Assembly (NCBI GenBank): GCA_963716255.1
Contig: OY970303.1
Location: 4,224,001 to 4,288,000, forward strand
Direction of reading: 5' to 3'
Source: an uncultured Gemmatimonadales bacterium
GTDB lineage: Bacteria > Gemmatimonadota > Gemmatimonadetes > Longimicrobiales > Longimicrobiaceae
DNA: 64,000 bases
Positions 8,862-20,067 of this stretch are shown one piece after another. The notes under the pieces were generated by a model that worked only from the letters and a program-made list of their open reading frames with translations, was not told where the DNA came from and did not search any database. Made by a program: the position numbers and the translations under genes. How positions within the stretch are numbered: the stretch's first letter is position 1; each line of letters begins with the position of its first letter.

Positions 8862-11800
8862 ATGTCTGACGGAATGAAGAGGCGGGATTTCCTCAAGGTC
8901 CTGGGAGTCTCCGGGGCCGGGGTGGCGACGGCCGGCTGCTCCACCGGCGAGGTGGAGAAGCTGATTCCGTACGTGGTCCCCTCGGAGGACATCGTCCCGG
9001 GCGTTCCCACCTGGTACGCGAGCACCTGCCGCGAGTGCCCGGCCGGGTGCGGCATCATGGTGGAGACCCACTCCGGGCGCGTCACCAAGGTGGAGGGCAA
9101 CGCCGACAACCCCATCTCGCGCGGCAACCTGTGCGCGCGCGGGCAGTCCGCGCCCCAGGGGCTGTACCACCCCGACCGCCACCGCGGCCCGTACACGGTG
9201 GAGGAGGGGCTCAGCCCCCGCAACGTGAGCTGGAGCGTGGCCGAGGGAATGCTGGCCGAGCGCATCCGCCGGGCGCCCGCGGGGAGCGTGGTCTTCCTCA
9301 CCGGGAGCTACGGCGGCACCATGGACCGCCTGGTGAACACCTTCGCCGGCTCCATCGGCGCCCGCCGGGTGGTGTACGATCCCTTCGGCGCCACGCCGCG
9401 CGACCTGGACTTCGCCGGGGCCGACTTCCTGATCTCCTTCGGGGCGGACTTCCTGGAGACCTGGGGCTCGCCGGTGGACTACGCGTGGCAGTTCTCGCAG
9501 ATGCACGCGTACCGCAACGGCCGCCGCGGCAAGTTCGTGTGGGTGGGGCCGCACCGCCCGCTCACCGGCCTCAACGCCGACCAGTGGATCGCCCCCCGGC
9601 CCGGGACCGAGGCCGCCATCGCGCTCGCCATGTCCGGCGGGATGGACGTGGCCACCGCCGCGCAGCAGACGGGCGTGGAAGCGGCCGTGATCGAGCAGCT
9701 GGCGCGCGAGTTCCGCGCCGGACGCGGCGTCGCGCTGGGGCCGGGCTACGCCACCTCCGGCGCCAACGCCGGCGCGCTGCAGGCCGCGGTGAACCGCCTC
9801 AACGGGCGCGGCGCGCCGGCCCCGGCGGCGGGCGGGATGCGCGACGTGCTCCAGCTGGTGGAGCAGATGCGCGCCGGGCAGGTGCAGGTGCTCCTGGTGG
9901 ACGGGGCCGACCCGGCGTACACGCTCCCCGGCGGAGTCCGGTTCGCCGAGGCGCTCGAGAAGGTGCCCTTCAAGGTGAGCTTCTCCAGCTTCCCCGACGA
10001 CACCTCGGCGCTGGCCGACCTGGTGCTCCCCTCGCACCACTTCCTGGAAGCCTGGGACGACTACACCCCGCGCCCCGGCGTTTACGCGATTGTGCAGCCG
10101 GCCATGCGCCCGGTGTTCAACACCAAGCAGGCCGGCGACGTGCTGCTGTCCGTCGCCCGGCAGCTGGGCGGCGCCGCGGCCGGAGTGGCGACGGCGAACA
10201 CCTACTACGACTACCTGCGCGTCGGCTTCCCCGGCGGCCCGGATGCCTGGCGGGCGGCGGTCAAGCGCGGCGGGACCTTCGCCTCCGCGCAGGCCCTCTC
10301 GGACGCGGGCGCTGCCGCGGCCGCGGCCGCGGCTGCTGTGCCCGTGACGGCCGCGGCCGCGGCCGGAACCACGGCGGCCGACAGTGCCGCCGCCGTGGCC
10401 ACCCCGGCGCAGGTCCCCGCGCCGGCGGCACCGGTCGCTCCGGCCCCGGCGCCCGCGGCCGGACCCGCCGCGGCCTACGCGCCCCTGCAGTTCGAGGGGC
10501 CCGCGGACGGGCTGCACCTGGTGGTCTACCCCTCGTACCGCTTCTTCGACGGGCGCACCGGCAACCGGCCCTGGCTGCTGGAGCTCCCCGACCCGGTCAC
10601 CAAGGTATCCTGGCAGTCGTGGGTGGAGATTCACCCGGCCACCGCCCGCGAGATGGGGGTGGAGCAGGGCGACGTCATGGAGCTGCGCACGCAGTACGGC
10701 TCACTCCGCACCTTCGCCTACCTGTACCCGGGCGTCCGCCGCGACACCGTGGCGGTGCAGATGGGGCTGGGGCACCAGGCGTTCGGCCGCTTCAGCGAGA
10801 AGGTCGGGGTGAACCCCGGCTCGCTTCTGGGCGCGGCCACGGAGCGCACCACCGGCGCCTTCGCGCCGTACGGGCAGCGCGTGCAGGTCCGCAAGGTGGC
10901 GGACGCCGACCGGCACACCCCCATCTTCAACCGGGTGCCGGACGGGCTGTTCGAGCAGGGCGTCCGCGTGCAGCACGACCGCGCGCTTGCCCAGGCCGTA
11001 TCCTTCGCCGCCATCCAGCAGGCGGACGGCCACGGGCCCGGGATGATCCCCGGCACCGAGGAGACCATCCGCCAGCTCAAGGGCAACGGCGGCTTCGCCC
11101 CCATCGAGACGCACACCGACCCGGCGGCGTACCCGCCCCCGGGGACCCAGTACGGCGAGTACATCGCGGGCGACACCCGCTGGGCGATGACCATCGACCT
11201 GGCGCGCTGCATCGGCTGCAGCGCCTGCGTGGTCGCCTGCAGCTCCGAGAACAACGTCCCGGTGGTGGGCCCCGTCGAGGTCAAGAAGGGGCGCGACCTC
11301 AGCTGGCTGCGCATCGAGCGGTACTTCGGGACGGGGCGCGACCAGACCGAGGCGCTGGGGGACCACGCCACCGACGACGTGCGCTTCTTCCCCATGCTCT
11401 GCCAGCACTGCGGCAACGCCCCGTGCGAGCCGGTGTGCCCCGTGTACGCGGCGTACCACACGCCGGACGGGCTCAACGGCCAGGTCTACAACCGCTGCGT
11501 GGGGACGCGCTACTGCGCGAACAACTGCCCGTACAAGGTCCGCTTCTTCAACTGGTTCACGTACGACTTCCCGGAGCCGCTCAACTGGCAGCTCAACCCG
11601 GACGTGACCGTCCGCGAGAAGGGCGTGATGGAGAAGTGCACCTTCTGCGTGCAGCGCATCCACGAGGCGGAGCGCAACGCCAACAAGGAGAACCGTCCGC
11701 TCCGCGACGGCGAGGTGGTCCCGGCCTGCGTGCAGACGTGCCCCACGCAGGTGTTCACCTTCGGAAACATCGTGGACCCGAACAGCGCGGTCGCCCGCGC

Positions 11801-11966
11801 CTCCAAGACCAACCGCAGCTACCGCGCCCTGGACGCGCTGAACACGCAGCCCGCCATCGTCTACCTCAAGAAGGTGACGCTGCACGAGCCGCGTAACGGG
11901 GGACACGAGGACCACGCCGAGCATCCCGAGGCGGCTCCGGCCGGCGCGGGCGCCGGGGCACACTGA
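8862..11966 (+). CDS. actB: Alternative complex III subunit ActB (Tat-exported molybdopterin-oxidoreductase-like + Fe-S domain fusion)
   Basis: Tat motif KRRDFLK; C-terminal CIGCSACVVAC, CQHCGNAPCEPVCP, CVGTRYCANNCP, GVMEKCTFC...CVQTCP. Confidence 0.92.
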   Translation: MSDGMKRRDFLKVLGVSGAGVATAGCSTGEVEKLIPYVVPSEDIVPGVPTWYASTCRECPAGCGIMVETHSGRVTKVEGNADNPISRGNLCARGQSAPQGLYHPDRHRGPYTVEEGLSPRNVSWSVAEGMLAERIRRAPAGSVVFLTGSYGGTMDRLVNTFAGSIGARRVVYDPFGATPRDLDFAGADFLISFGADFLETWGSPVDYAWQFSQMHAYRNGRRGKFVWVGPHRPLTGLNADQWIAPRPGTEAAIALAMSGGMDVATAAQQTGVEAAVIEQLAREFRAGRGVALGPGYATSGANAGALQAAVNRLNGRGAPAPAAGGMRDVLQLVEQMRAGQVQVLLVDGADPAYTLPGGVRFAEALEKVPFKVSFSSFPDDTSALADLVLPSHHFLEAWDDYTPRPGVYAIVQPAMRPVFNTKQAGDVLLSVARQLGGAAAGVATANTYYDYLRVGFPGGPDAWRAAVKRGGTFASAQALSDAGAAAAAAAAAVPVTAAAAAGTTAADSAAAVATPAQVPAPAAPVAPAPAPAAGPAAAYAPLQFEGPADGLHLVVYPSYRFFDGRTGNRPWLLELPDPVTKVSWQSWVEIHPATAREMGVEQGDVMELRTQYGSLRTFAYLYPGVRRDTVAVQMGLGHQAFGRFSEKVGVNPGSLLGAATERTTGAFAPYGQRVQVRKVADADRHTPIFNRVPDGLFEQGVRVQHDRALAQAVSFAAIQQADGHGPGMIPGTEETIRQLKGNGGFAPIETHTDPAAYPPPGTQYGEYIAGDTRWAMTIDLARCIGCSACVVACSSENNVPVVGPVEVKKGRDLSWLRIERYFGTGRDQTEALGDHATDDVRFFPMLCQHCGNAPCEPVCPVYAAYHTPDGLNGQVYNRCVGTRYCANNCPYKVRFFNWFTYDFPEPLNWQLNPDVTVREKGVMEKCTFCVQRIHEAERNANKENRPLRDGEVVPACVQTCPTQVFTFGNIVDPNSAVARASKTNRSYRALDALNTQPAIVYLKKVTLHEPRNGGHEDHAEHPEAAPAGAGAGAH

Positions 11967-11986
11967 GGGGAGACGAGGGAAACCCG

Positions 11987-13404
<1,418 letters not shown>

Positions 13405-13408
<4 letters not shown>

Positions 13409-13923
13409 GAAAGTCACGTTCCGGCGTCCTCGGCGTCTTCGGCCACCTGGACGCAACCACCGACGCCATCCGGCGGCTCCGCTCGGCGGGGTTCGACCAG
13501 CTCACGGTGTACTCGCCGACGCTGCGCCACGAGATCGAGGAAGCGCTGGAGAGCGCGGACAGCCCGGTGCGCATCTTCACCCTGGTGGGCGCCTTCACCG
13601 GCACTGCGGCGGGCGCGGCGCTGGCGATCTGGGCCTCGCTGGACTGGCCGCTGATCGTGGGCGGCAAGGAGATCGTCTCGCTGCCGGCGTTCAGCGTCAT
13701 CATGTTCGAGGTGACCATCCTTCTGGGGGCGCTCTCCACGGTGGCGGGCCTCTTCATCAACGCGCGGCTGCCGCGCATCGGCCGGCCGGAGGCGCTGTAC
13801 CACCCGTCGTTCACGGCGGGGAACTTCGGCGTCTTCGCCCACGTCCCGCGGGACCGCTACGACGCGGTGCGCAACATCCTGACGGAAAGCGGCTCCGAGG
13901 AGGTGCTCGTTGAGCAGTCGTAA
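13405..13923 (+). CDS. actD: ACIII subunit ActD (DUF3341)
   Basis: VYSP, DWPLIVGGK, FEVTIL; ATGA overlap with actC stop. Confidence 0.88.
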
Positions 13924-14611
13924 GCTGAAGCGGTCCCCCGCGGCGCTCGCGCTGGGGCTCCTGGCGCTCGCCGGGTGCACCGACGCCGCCGGGTACGACC
14001 TGGACATGCTGATGGGTAAGGCGCCCTGGCTGGCCACCATGCGCAACGGGGTGCAGTACGACCCCTACGAGGGCGGCCCGCGCCTGCCGCCGGAAAACTC
14101 GGTGGCGGCGCGCAGCCCCAACGGCGACCGTCCCGCGCACTTCGCGCAGACGCAGCTGGACTCCGCGGCGGCGACGCTGCGGAACCCGTTCCCCGCCGAT
14201 GCCGCGCACCTGGCGCGCGGCCAGCTCTCGTACGAGCGGAACTGCACCGTCTGCCACGGCCCGGCCGGGGCGGGGAACGGCCCCGTGGTGGGCCCCAACA
14301 AGTTCCCGTACGCGCCGGCGATCAACGGCGCCGCCACGCAGGGCCGCTCCGACGGCTACATCTACGGGGTGATCCGGGTGGGCCGCGGCCTGATGCCGCC
14401 GTACGGCGACCGGATGACGGAGGCCGACATCTGGGCGACGGTGACCTACCTCCGCCGCCTGCAGGGCTCGGGCGGGGTCGTCGCTCCGACGACGGCGGTC
14501 TCGGGAGCGCCCCTCGCGAACCCGGCCGTGACGGACACGCTGATCGCGCCGGGCGCCGCTGCCCCCACGGGGACGGCGACCACGGACACCGCCTCGGCGC
14601 AGCCGCGCTGA
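13910..14611 (+). CDS. actE: ACIII monoheme cytochrome c lipoprotein ActE
   Basis: Lipobox LAGC, CTVCHG, DGYIYGVIRVGRGLMPPYG; start uncertain (TTG). Confidence 0.85.
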   Translation: MSSRKLKRSPAALALGLLALAGCTDAAGYDLDMLMGKAPWLATMRNGVQYDPYEGGPRLPPENSVAARSPNGDRPAHFAQTQLDSAAATLRNPFPADAAHLARGQLSYERNCTVCHGPAGAGNGPVVGPNKFPYAPAINGAATQGRSDGYIYGVIRVGRGLMPPYGDRMTEADIWATVTYLRRLQGSGGVVAPTTAVSGAPLANPAVTDTLIAPGAAAPTGTATTDTASAQPR

Positions 14612-14632
14612 TTCGCACCGGGACAACGAACG

Positions 14633-15961
14633 ATGTCAGCTGCTTCTCCGATTCCGAGGACGATCCCCTTCCGCACCCTCGACCGGGTGTCGGGCGCGGT
14701 GTGGGGACTCGTCGCAGTCCTGGTGCTCGTGGGCGCCGTCTCGGCGTTCCTGGGCGCTGGCGAGGCGCACGGCCGCGTGTGGCAGGCGCTCCTCTTCAAC
14801 TGGCTCTTCTGGTCGTCGGTCGCCATCGGCATGTTCATGCTGGCGGTGGCCTGGCAGGTGGTGGAGGCGGAGTGGCCCTGGTCCATCCGGCGCTTCGCGC
14901 TGGGCGGGGTGGCCTTCCTCCCGGTGTCGCTGATCCTCTTTCCCATCATCTTCTTCGGGGGGAGCGAGCACTTCTTCCACCACTGGCTGCACGTGGAAGG
15001 CGACCCGGTGATCGAGGCCAAGCGGGCCTGGCTCAGCCTGGGGGGGATGTTCACGCGCGACATGATCGGGCTGCTGGTGCTCTTCGGGCTGGCGATGGTC
15101 TTCACCTACTACTCGCTGCGCCCGGACGTGTACGGCGCCGGCCGCACCGGCGGGCAGAAGTCGATGTACGCCCGCATGACCGGCGGGTGGCGTGGCGCCG
15201 CCGAGGAGGCCTCGCGCTCCCGGGGCAAGCTGCTGGTGCTGGGCGTGGTCCTGGGGCTGGCCTTCGCGATCATCTGGGGGATGATCGGCATCGACCTGGC
15301 CATGACGCTCACGCCGCACTGGTTCAGCACCATGTTCCCGGTGGCGTTCTTCATGGCCGCCTTCCACGCCGGGATCTGCGCCACCGCGATCCTGGTGACG
15401 GTGTTCCGCCGCCGCCTGGGGATCGAGCCGTACATCACCGCGACGCAGTACCACGACCTGGGCAAGCTGATCTTCGCCTTCGCCGTGTTCTGGATGTACC
15501 TGAACTGGTCGCAGTACGTGGTGATCTGGTACGGCCTGCTCCCCTTCGAGCAGGAGTGGTTCGCCAGGCGCTTCACGGCTCCCTTCACCGGGCTGGCGCA
15601 GGCGGTGCCGCTGCTGATCTTCGTGGTTCCCTTCCTGGGGCTGCTCTCGCGCACCCCCAAGAAGATCCCGGCGATCCTTGCCGGCTTCGCGACGCTGATC
15701 CTGCTGGGGAACTGGCTGGAGCGCTACATGCTGATCTACCCCTCGCTGTACGAGGCGGGAGAGGGCGTCGCGCCCCACCTTCCCTTCGGGTTCACGGAGA
15801 TCGGGATCGGGCTGGGCTTCCTGGGCCTCTTCCTGGCCTGCTACCTGTGGTACCTGCGCACCTTCCCGATCCTCCCCTCGCCGGCGACGCTGGCCGCGGC
15901 GCCCCCGTCGGTGTTCCCGGTGGGCACGGCCGCCGCCCACGCCGCCCGGGCCGACCACTGA
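14633..15961 (+). CDS. actF: ACIII membrane subunit ActF
   Basis: ~10 TM helices, PHWFSTMF, HDLGKLIFAF.VFWMYLNWSQY.VIWYG.LP. Confidence 0.9.
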   Translation: MSAASPIPRTIPFRTLDRVSGAVWGLVAVLVLVGAVSAFLGAGEAHGRVWQALLFNWLFWSSVAIGMFMLAVAWQVVEAEWPWSIRRFALGGVAFLPVSLILFPIIFFGGSEHFFHHWLHVEGDPVIEAKRAWLSLGGMFTRDMIGLLVLFGLAMVFTYYSLRPDVYGAGRTGGQKSMYARMTGGWRGAAEEASRSRGKLLVLGVVLGLAFAIIWGMIGIDLAMTLTPHWFSTMFPVAFFMAAFHAGICATAILVTVFRRRLGIEPYITATQYHDLGKLIFAFAVFWMYLNWSQYVVIWYGLLPFEQEWFARRFTAPFTGLAQAVPLLIFVVPFLGLLSRTPKKIPAILAGFATLILLGNWLERYMLIYPSLYEAGEGVAPHLPFGFTEIGIGLGFLGLFLACYLWYLRTFPILPSPATLAAAPPSVFPVGTAAAHAARADH

Positions 15962-16083
15962 GAAGGTGACGGCGGCGGGACAGGCGGTGAGCGGGGAGCC
16001 CGAAGCGGGCTCCCCGCTTCGCTTTGGAGGGCGGTGGGGTGGTGCGGCAACCGGTTGTGGTTGTAGCTTTGCAGTCGGCGGTT

Positions 16084-16209
16084 GCGTGAGGGATTTCGGC
16101 CCGAAGGGGCGAGACCCGCGCAGTTTGCGGGGCTCGACTCCGTTAAGCACGGTAGTATCGTGCTTTACGGAGCCGAAGCCCGACCCCGGCGCAGCCGGGG
16201 GCACGCCCG
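16084..16209 (-). repeat. Family-1 structured repeat, copy 2
   Basis: Reverse complement of 41410-41552 with altered but still paired apical stem aagcacg/cgtgctt. Confidence 0.9.
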
Positions 16210-16242
16210 GCCCCGGCATCTCACCGTTACCGCAGGACAAGC

Positions 16243-17409
16243 ATGATCCGAATCGCCACGCCGTATACGCGCGCCCTCTGCGCGGCCGCGCTCGTGGGCG
16301 CCCTCGCCGGGTGCACCGTGCCGGGGGCGGGAACGTCCGCACCGGAGCCGGCGGCGGCCCCCGCCGCGGAGATCAACCCGGGTACCACCGTCCGCCCGGG
16401 CGGCAAGTACGTGCTGATCGACCTGGACCTGAACCAGCTCCGCTTCATGGACGGCGAGCGGGTCCTCTGGTGGGCGCACGTGGGCACGGGGACGGGCTTC
16501 CGGCTGACCACCGACGCCCAGAACTGGCACTTCTCGACGCCGGACGGGGTCATGCACGTGCAGTTCAAGGAGCGGGACCCGGTCTGGGTGATGCCCGACT
16601 GGTACTTCATCGAGAACAAGCTCTCCATCCCCCCCGCGGACTCGCCGCGCCGCAAGCAGCCGTACGGGCTGGGGGCGGCGGCCGTCTACCTGGGGAACGA
16701 GATCGCCATCCACGGCACCGACAAGCCGGAGCTGCTGGGGCAGCGGGTGTCGCACGGGTGCATCCGGCTGGCGAACGCCGACGCGCTGCGCCTCTTCCAC
16801 AACGTGCAGGTGGGGACGCCGGTGGTGATCCAGGGCGGCCCCAGGGAGGTGGCGCGCGAGCAGCCGGACAGCGTGGCGACCTTCACCCGGCCGCGCCGCG
16901 GCGCCCCGGCCCGCAAGTACGTGAGCCCCGTGGCGTCGGTCCCCACGCCGCGCCTGCTGGCCCGCCTGACGCAGCAGATGAAGGCGGACACCAGCACCCG
17001 CTGGGCGGACTCGGCGGGGGAGCTGCTGGAGCGGGGGCTCGGGGACGACACCGAGGCTCTGCGCGGGCTGCTGTCGCTGGCCGGCTCCGCGCCGGGCGAG
17101 ATCCGCAACGAGGAGTACGCCACCTTCCTGGCGGACGCGTTCTCGCGCGGGTCGCTGCGGGCGGCGGTGTCGCTCGCGCGCATCGACAAGGAGGCGCGGG
17201 ACCGCGCGGCGGACGCCATCGTGCGGGCGACCATGTCGCTATACCACGGGTCGCCGGAGGACGCGACGGCGCCCTGGCCCACCCGGCGCGTCCCCAAGTG
17301 GCGGCTGGGGCCCAGCGGCCAGGCGGGGTGGACGGCACTGCAGGACGCGGAGGAGGCCTTCCGGGCGCGCCACGGGCTGCGCTCTCTCGTCGCGAAGACG
17401 GAGCGATGA
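16243..17409 (+). CDS. L,D-transpeptidase (YkuD) family lipoprotein with C-terminal helical extension
   Basis: Lipobox LAGC; IAIHGT...VSHGCIRL catalytic motif, VGTPV. Confidence 0.88.
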   Translation: MIRIATPYTRALCAAALVGALAGCTVPGAGTSAPEPAAAPAAEINPGTTVRPGGKYVLIDLDLNQLRFMDGERVLWWAHVGTGTGFRLTTDAQNWHFSTPDGVMHVQFKERDPVWVMPDWYFIENKLSIPPADSPRRKQPYGLGAAAVYLGNEIAIHGTDKPELLGQRVSHGCIRLANADALRLFHNVQVGTPVVIQGGPREVAREQPDSVATFTRPRRGAPARKYVSPVASVPTPRLLARLTQQMKADTSTRWADSAGELLERGLGDDTEALRGLLSLAGSAPGEIRNEEYATFLADAFSRGSLRAAVSLARIDKEARDRAADAIVRATMSLYHGSPEDATAPWPTRRVPKWRLGPSGQAGWTALQDAEEAFRARHGLRSLVAKTER

Positions 17410-18182
17410 CCGGCACCGCGGTGAACGGGCTGCTGGGGCGGCAGGACCTGCACGCCCACACCACCATGTCGGACGGGAGCCTGACGCTGGAGCGGGTGGT
17501 GGAGGTGGCGCGCGAGCGGGGGGTGCAGATCGGGATCGCGGACCACGTGTCCACGCGCAACGCGGACATGTTCGTGTCCGACGAGGCGGAGGTGCGCCGC
17601 TACCTGGACGCGCTGGAGGGTGCGCCGGTGTTCCGCTCCGGCGAGTTCTGCTGGTGCGACGACCTGTGGCGCTCGCTGCCGGACGAGGTGATGGAGCGCT
17701 TCGACTACCGCATCGGCTCCAACCACGGGTTCTGGCTCCCGGACGGAACGCTGGGCTCGCCGTGGTGGCAGAGCCTGCCGGCCCCCTGGCGCGGGCACGA
17801 GCAGGAGGTGATGGACGCCATGGTCGCCAACCTGTGCGACATGGTGAAGACCATGCCCATCCACATCGCGGCGCACTCCACGCTGACGCCCCCGGCGCTC
17901 CTCGACCTGGAGGGCGACGCGGACGCATGGTGGACGGAGGAGCGGGAGGACCGCTGGGTGGAAGCGCTGGCGGAGAGCGGCGTGGCGCTGGAGATCTCCA
18001 ACCGCTACCGGCTGCCGCACGACCGGCTGCTGCGCAAGGCGCGCGAGGCGGGGGTGCGCTTCACGCTGGGAAGTGACGGGCACACGGAGGCGCAGGTGGC
18101 GCGGCTGGACTGGGCGGCGGAGACCGCCCGCCGCGTGGGGGTCACGGACGCGGAGCTGTTCGTCGCGGAGCGGCGCGGCTGA
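17406..18182 (+). CDS. PHP-domain metallophosphoesterase
   Basis: DLHAHTTMSDG, IADH, AAH, LEISNR, LGSDGH; ATGA overlap. Confidence 0.85.
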   Translation: MTGTAVNGLLGRQDLHAHTTMSDGSLTLERVVEVARERGVQIGIADHVSTRNADMFVSDEAEVRRYLDALEGAPVFRSGEFCWCDDLWRSLPDEVMERFDYRIGSNHGFWLPDGTLGSPWWQSLPAPWRGHEQEVMDAMVANLCDMVKTMPIHIAAHSTLTPPALLDLEGDADAWWTEEREDRWVEALAESGVALEISNRYRLPHDRLLRKAREAGVRFTLGSDGHTEAQVARLDWAAETARRVGVTDAELFVAERRG

Positions 18183-18258
18183 GGCCGCGCCGGGCGCGGG
18201 CGCGTTCGTTGCTGTGGGGCGCGGGAGGGTGTGACACTCTCATGGTGGAGGAGGAACG

Positions 18259-18759
18259 GTGATGGAACGCGACAACGACGCGGTGCGGCGGGAATTCGCG
18301 GGCGAGGAGTGGGCGAGGGAGGGGGGACCCGTCCCGGAGTACGCCGACCAGGGGCCGGACGGTCTGCCGCGGCCCGCGGTCGACGACCCCGACCGTCCCG
18401 ACGTGCGGCGCGACCCCTGGGCGATCCGTGCCGAGGACACGGAGCCGTACGTCGCCCTGCAGTACGTGGCGCGCCTCTTCAAGATCGTGGCGATGGTGGT
18501 GGTGGTGGCGCTCACGGCCGAGATCGTGGCCGGGGTGGCGCTGGAAGGCGCCGACGCGCTGCTGCCCCTGACCTTCGACGTGATCCGCGGGATCGTGCTC
18601 GCGGCGATCCTCTGGGGCGCGGGCGACCTGACGCTCCTCCTCATCGACGTGGGCCACGACGTGCGTGCGGCGCGCGTCCTGCTGGGCCGGCTGACCGCGC
18701 GCAGCGCGGGAGACTACGTGGACCGCCGCGAGCGCAGGGAGGACGGCTCGCCGATCTGA
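18259..18759 (+). CDS. Hypothetical membrane protein (2 TM)
   Basis: RBS ggaggagg; hydrophobic segments; LLIDVGHDVRA tail. Confidence 0.7.
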   Translation: MMERDNDAVRREFAGEEWAREGGPVPEYADQGPDGLPRPAVDDPDRPDVRRDPWAIRAEDTEPYVALQYVARLFKIVAMVVVVALTAEIVAGVALEGADALLPLTFDVIRGIVLAAILWGAGDLTLLLIDVGHDVRAARVLLGRLTARSAGDYVDRRERREDGSPI

Positions 18760-18898
18760 GCCGCGGGCGCGGAAGCAGCCGGCGGAACGAGCACACAGCA
18801 CGCAGCACGGAACGGCGGTCCCGCCGGGCGGCGCCCGGCACGGGGGCGCCGTTCGCCATTGCACCGGCGGATTTTCCCTCGCCCCACCACCCGGAACC

Positions 18899-19741
18899 AT
18901 GACGGAACCGACCGACACTCCCGCCTCGTACGGCCGCGAAGCCCTGGACGGCATCGTGGTCGTGCTCTGGCAGACGCAGGACCGCGTCAACGTCGCGGGC
19001 ACCATCCGCGTGATGAAGAACTTCGGCCTGAAGCACCTGCGCCTGGTGGCCCCGGCGGAGTGGGATCCGTGGCGCATCGAAGGCATCGCGCACGACACGC
19101 ACGACGTCATCGAGGGCACGCGCCTCTTCGACACGCTGGAGGAGGCGCTGGCCGACTGCTCGCACGTCGTGGGGATGACGGCGCGCTCCCGGCGGGCGAA
19201 GCGGGCCATGGCGCGCCCGCGGGAGGCGGTGCCGGAGCTGCTGGAGCGGGCGGCGGACGCGGTGCGCGGCGCGGCGGGGCCGGTGGCGGTTCTCTTCGGG
19301 CGGGAGGACAAGGGGCTCTCCAACGAGGCGCTGGACCTTTGCCACCGCACGGTGATGATCCCCACCAACCCGGACTACTCGTCGCTGAACCTGGCGCAGG
19401 CGGCGCTGGTCATGGCGTACGAGCTGTGGATGGCCGCGGAGGGGCGCAGCCAGCCCTTCCGCGACCCCCGCCACGCGGCGCCGCCGCCCACGGTGGGGCA
19501 GCTGGAGGAGCTCTTCGCCGATGCCGAGGCCGCGCTGTGGGCCGTGGAGTTCTTCAAGAGCCGGCAGACGGAGACGGTGATGCGCACCGTCCGCGAGCTG
19601 ACGCGGCGCGCGGAGCCGGACGCACGAGAAGCGGCGTTCCTGCGCGCCATCGCCATTGAGGTGCGCAAGTTCGTCCGCAGGCGGCTGGGCGAGGACGGCG
19701 AGGCTGCGGCGGATTCCGAGGGGGTGCTGCAGGAAGAGTAG
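18899..19741 (+). CDS. trmJ: tRNA (C32/U32-2'-O)-methyltransferase TrmJ/LasT family
   Basis: NVAGTIRVMKNFG, VGMTAR, LFGREDKGLSNE, YSSLNLAQA SPOUT motifs. Confidence 0.88.
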   Translation: MTEPTDTPASYGREALDGIVVVLWQTQDRVNVAGTIRVMKNFGLKHLRLVAPAEWDPWRIEGIAHDTHDVIEGTRLFDTLEEALADCSHVVGMTARSRRAKRAMARPREAVPELLERAADAVRGAAGPVAVLFGREDKGLSNEALDLCHRTVMIPTNPDYSSLNLAQAALVMAYELWMAAEGRSQPFRDPRHAAPPPTVGQLEELFADAEAALWAVEFFKSRQTETVMRTVRELTRRAEPDAREAAFLRAIAIEVRKFVRRRLGEDGEAAADSEGVLQEE

Positions 19742-19877
19742 CGGGGGCGCGCACGAAGGGACACGAGAGGTAAAATAACGTGGCCGCAAGGGACTTCCCT
19801 TGCGGCCTTTTTACACACTTATTGTTATTCACAGTCCCAATAAGCGCGTATGTTTTCTCTCTCGTATTGGAGATGTC

Positions 19878-20066
19878 ATGAAGACTCTGCGCCTCGTGCT
19901 GGCCGTGGTGGTCCTCCTCGCCGCATGCGATGACCCGGGCCCTTCCGCCCCCGCGCACCCCGCCCGCTCGGGAGCCCTGAACAGCCCGACCCCTGCGAAC
20001 TCCCCTCCGTGCGACACCTCCTGCCGTGCACCTAGCCCCGGTCTGGGGGGAGGGGGACTGCGATAG
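19878..20066 (+). CDS. 62-aa secreted lipoprotein-like peptide with Gly-rich C-terminus
   Basis: RBS ggag; MKTLRLVLAVVVLLAAC lipobox; ends PGLGGGGLR; AT-rich upstream region. Confidence 0.65.
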   Translation: MKTLRLVLAVVVLLAACDDPGPSAPAHPARSGALNSPTPANSPPCDTSCRAPSPGLGGGGLR

Positions 20067-20067
20067 G

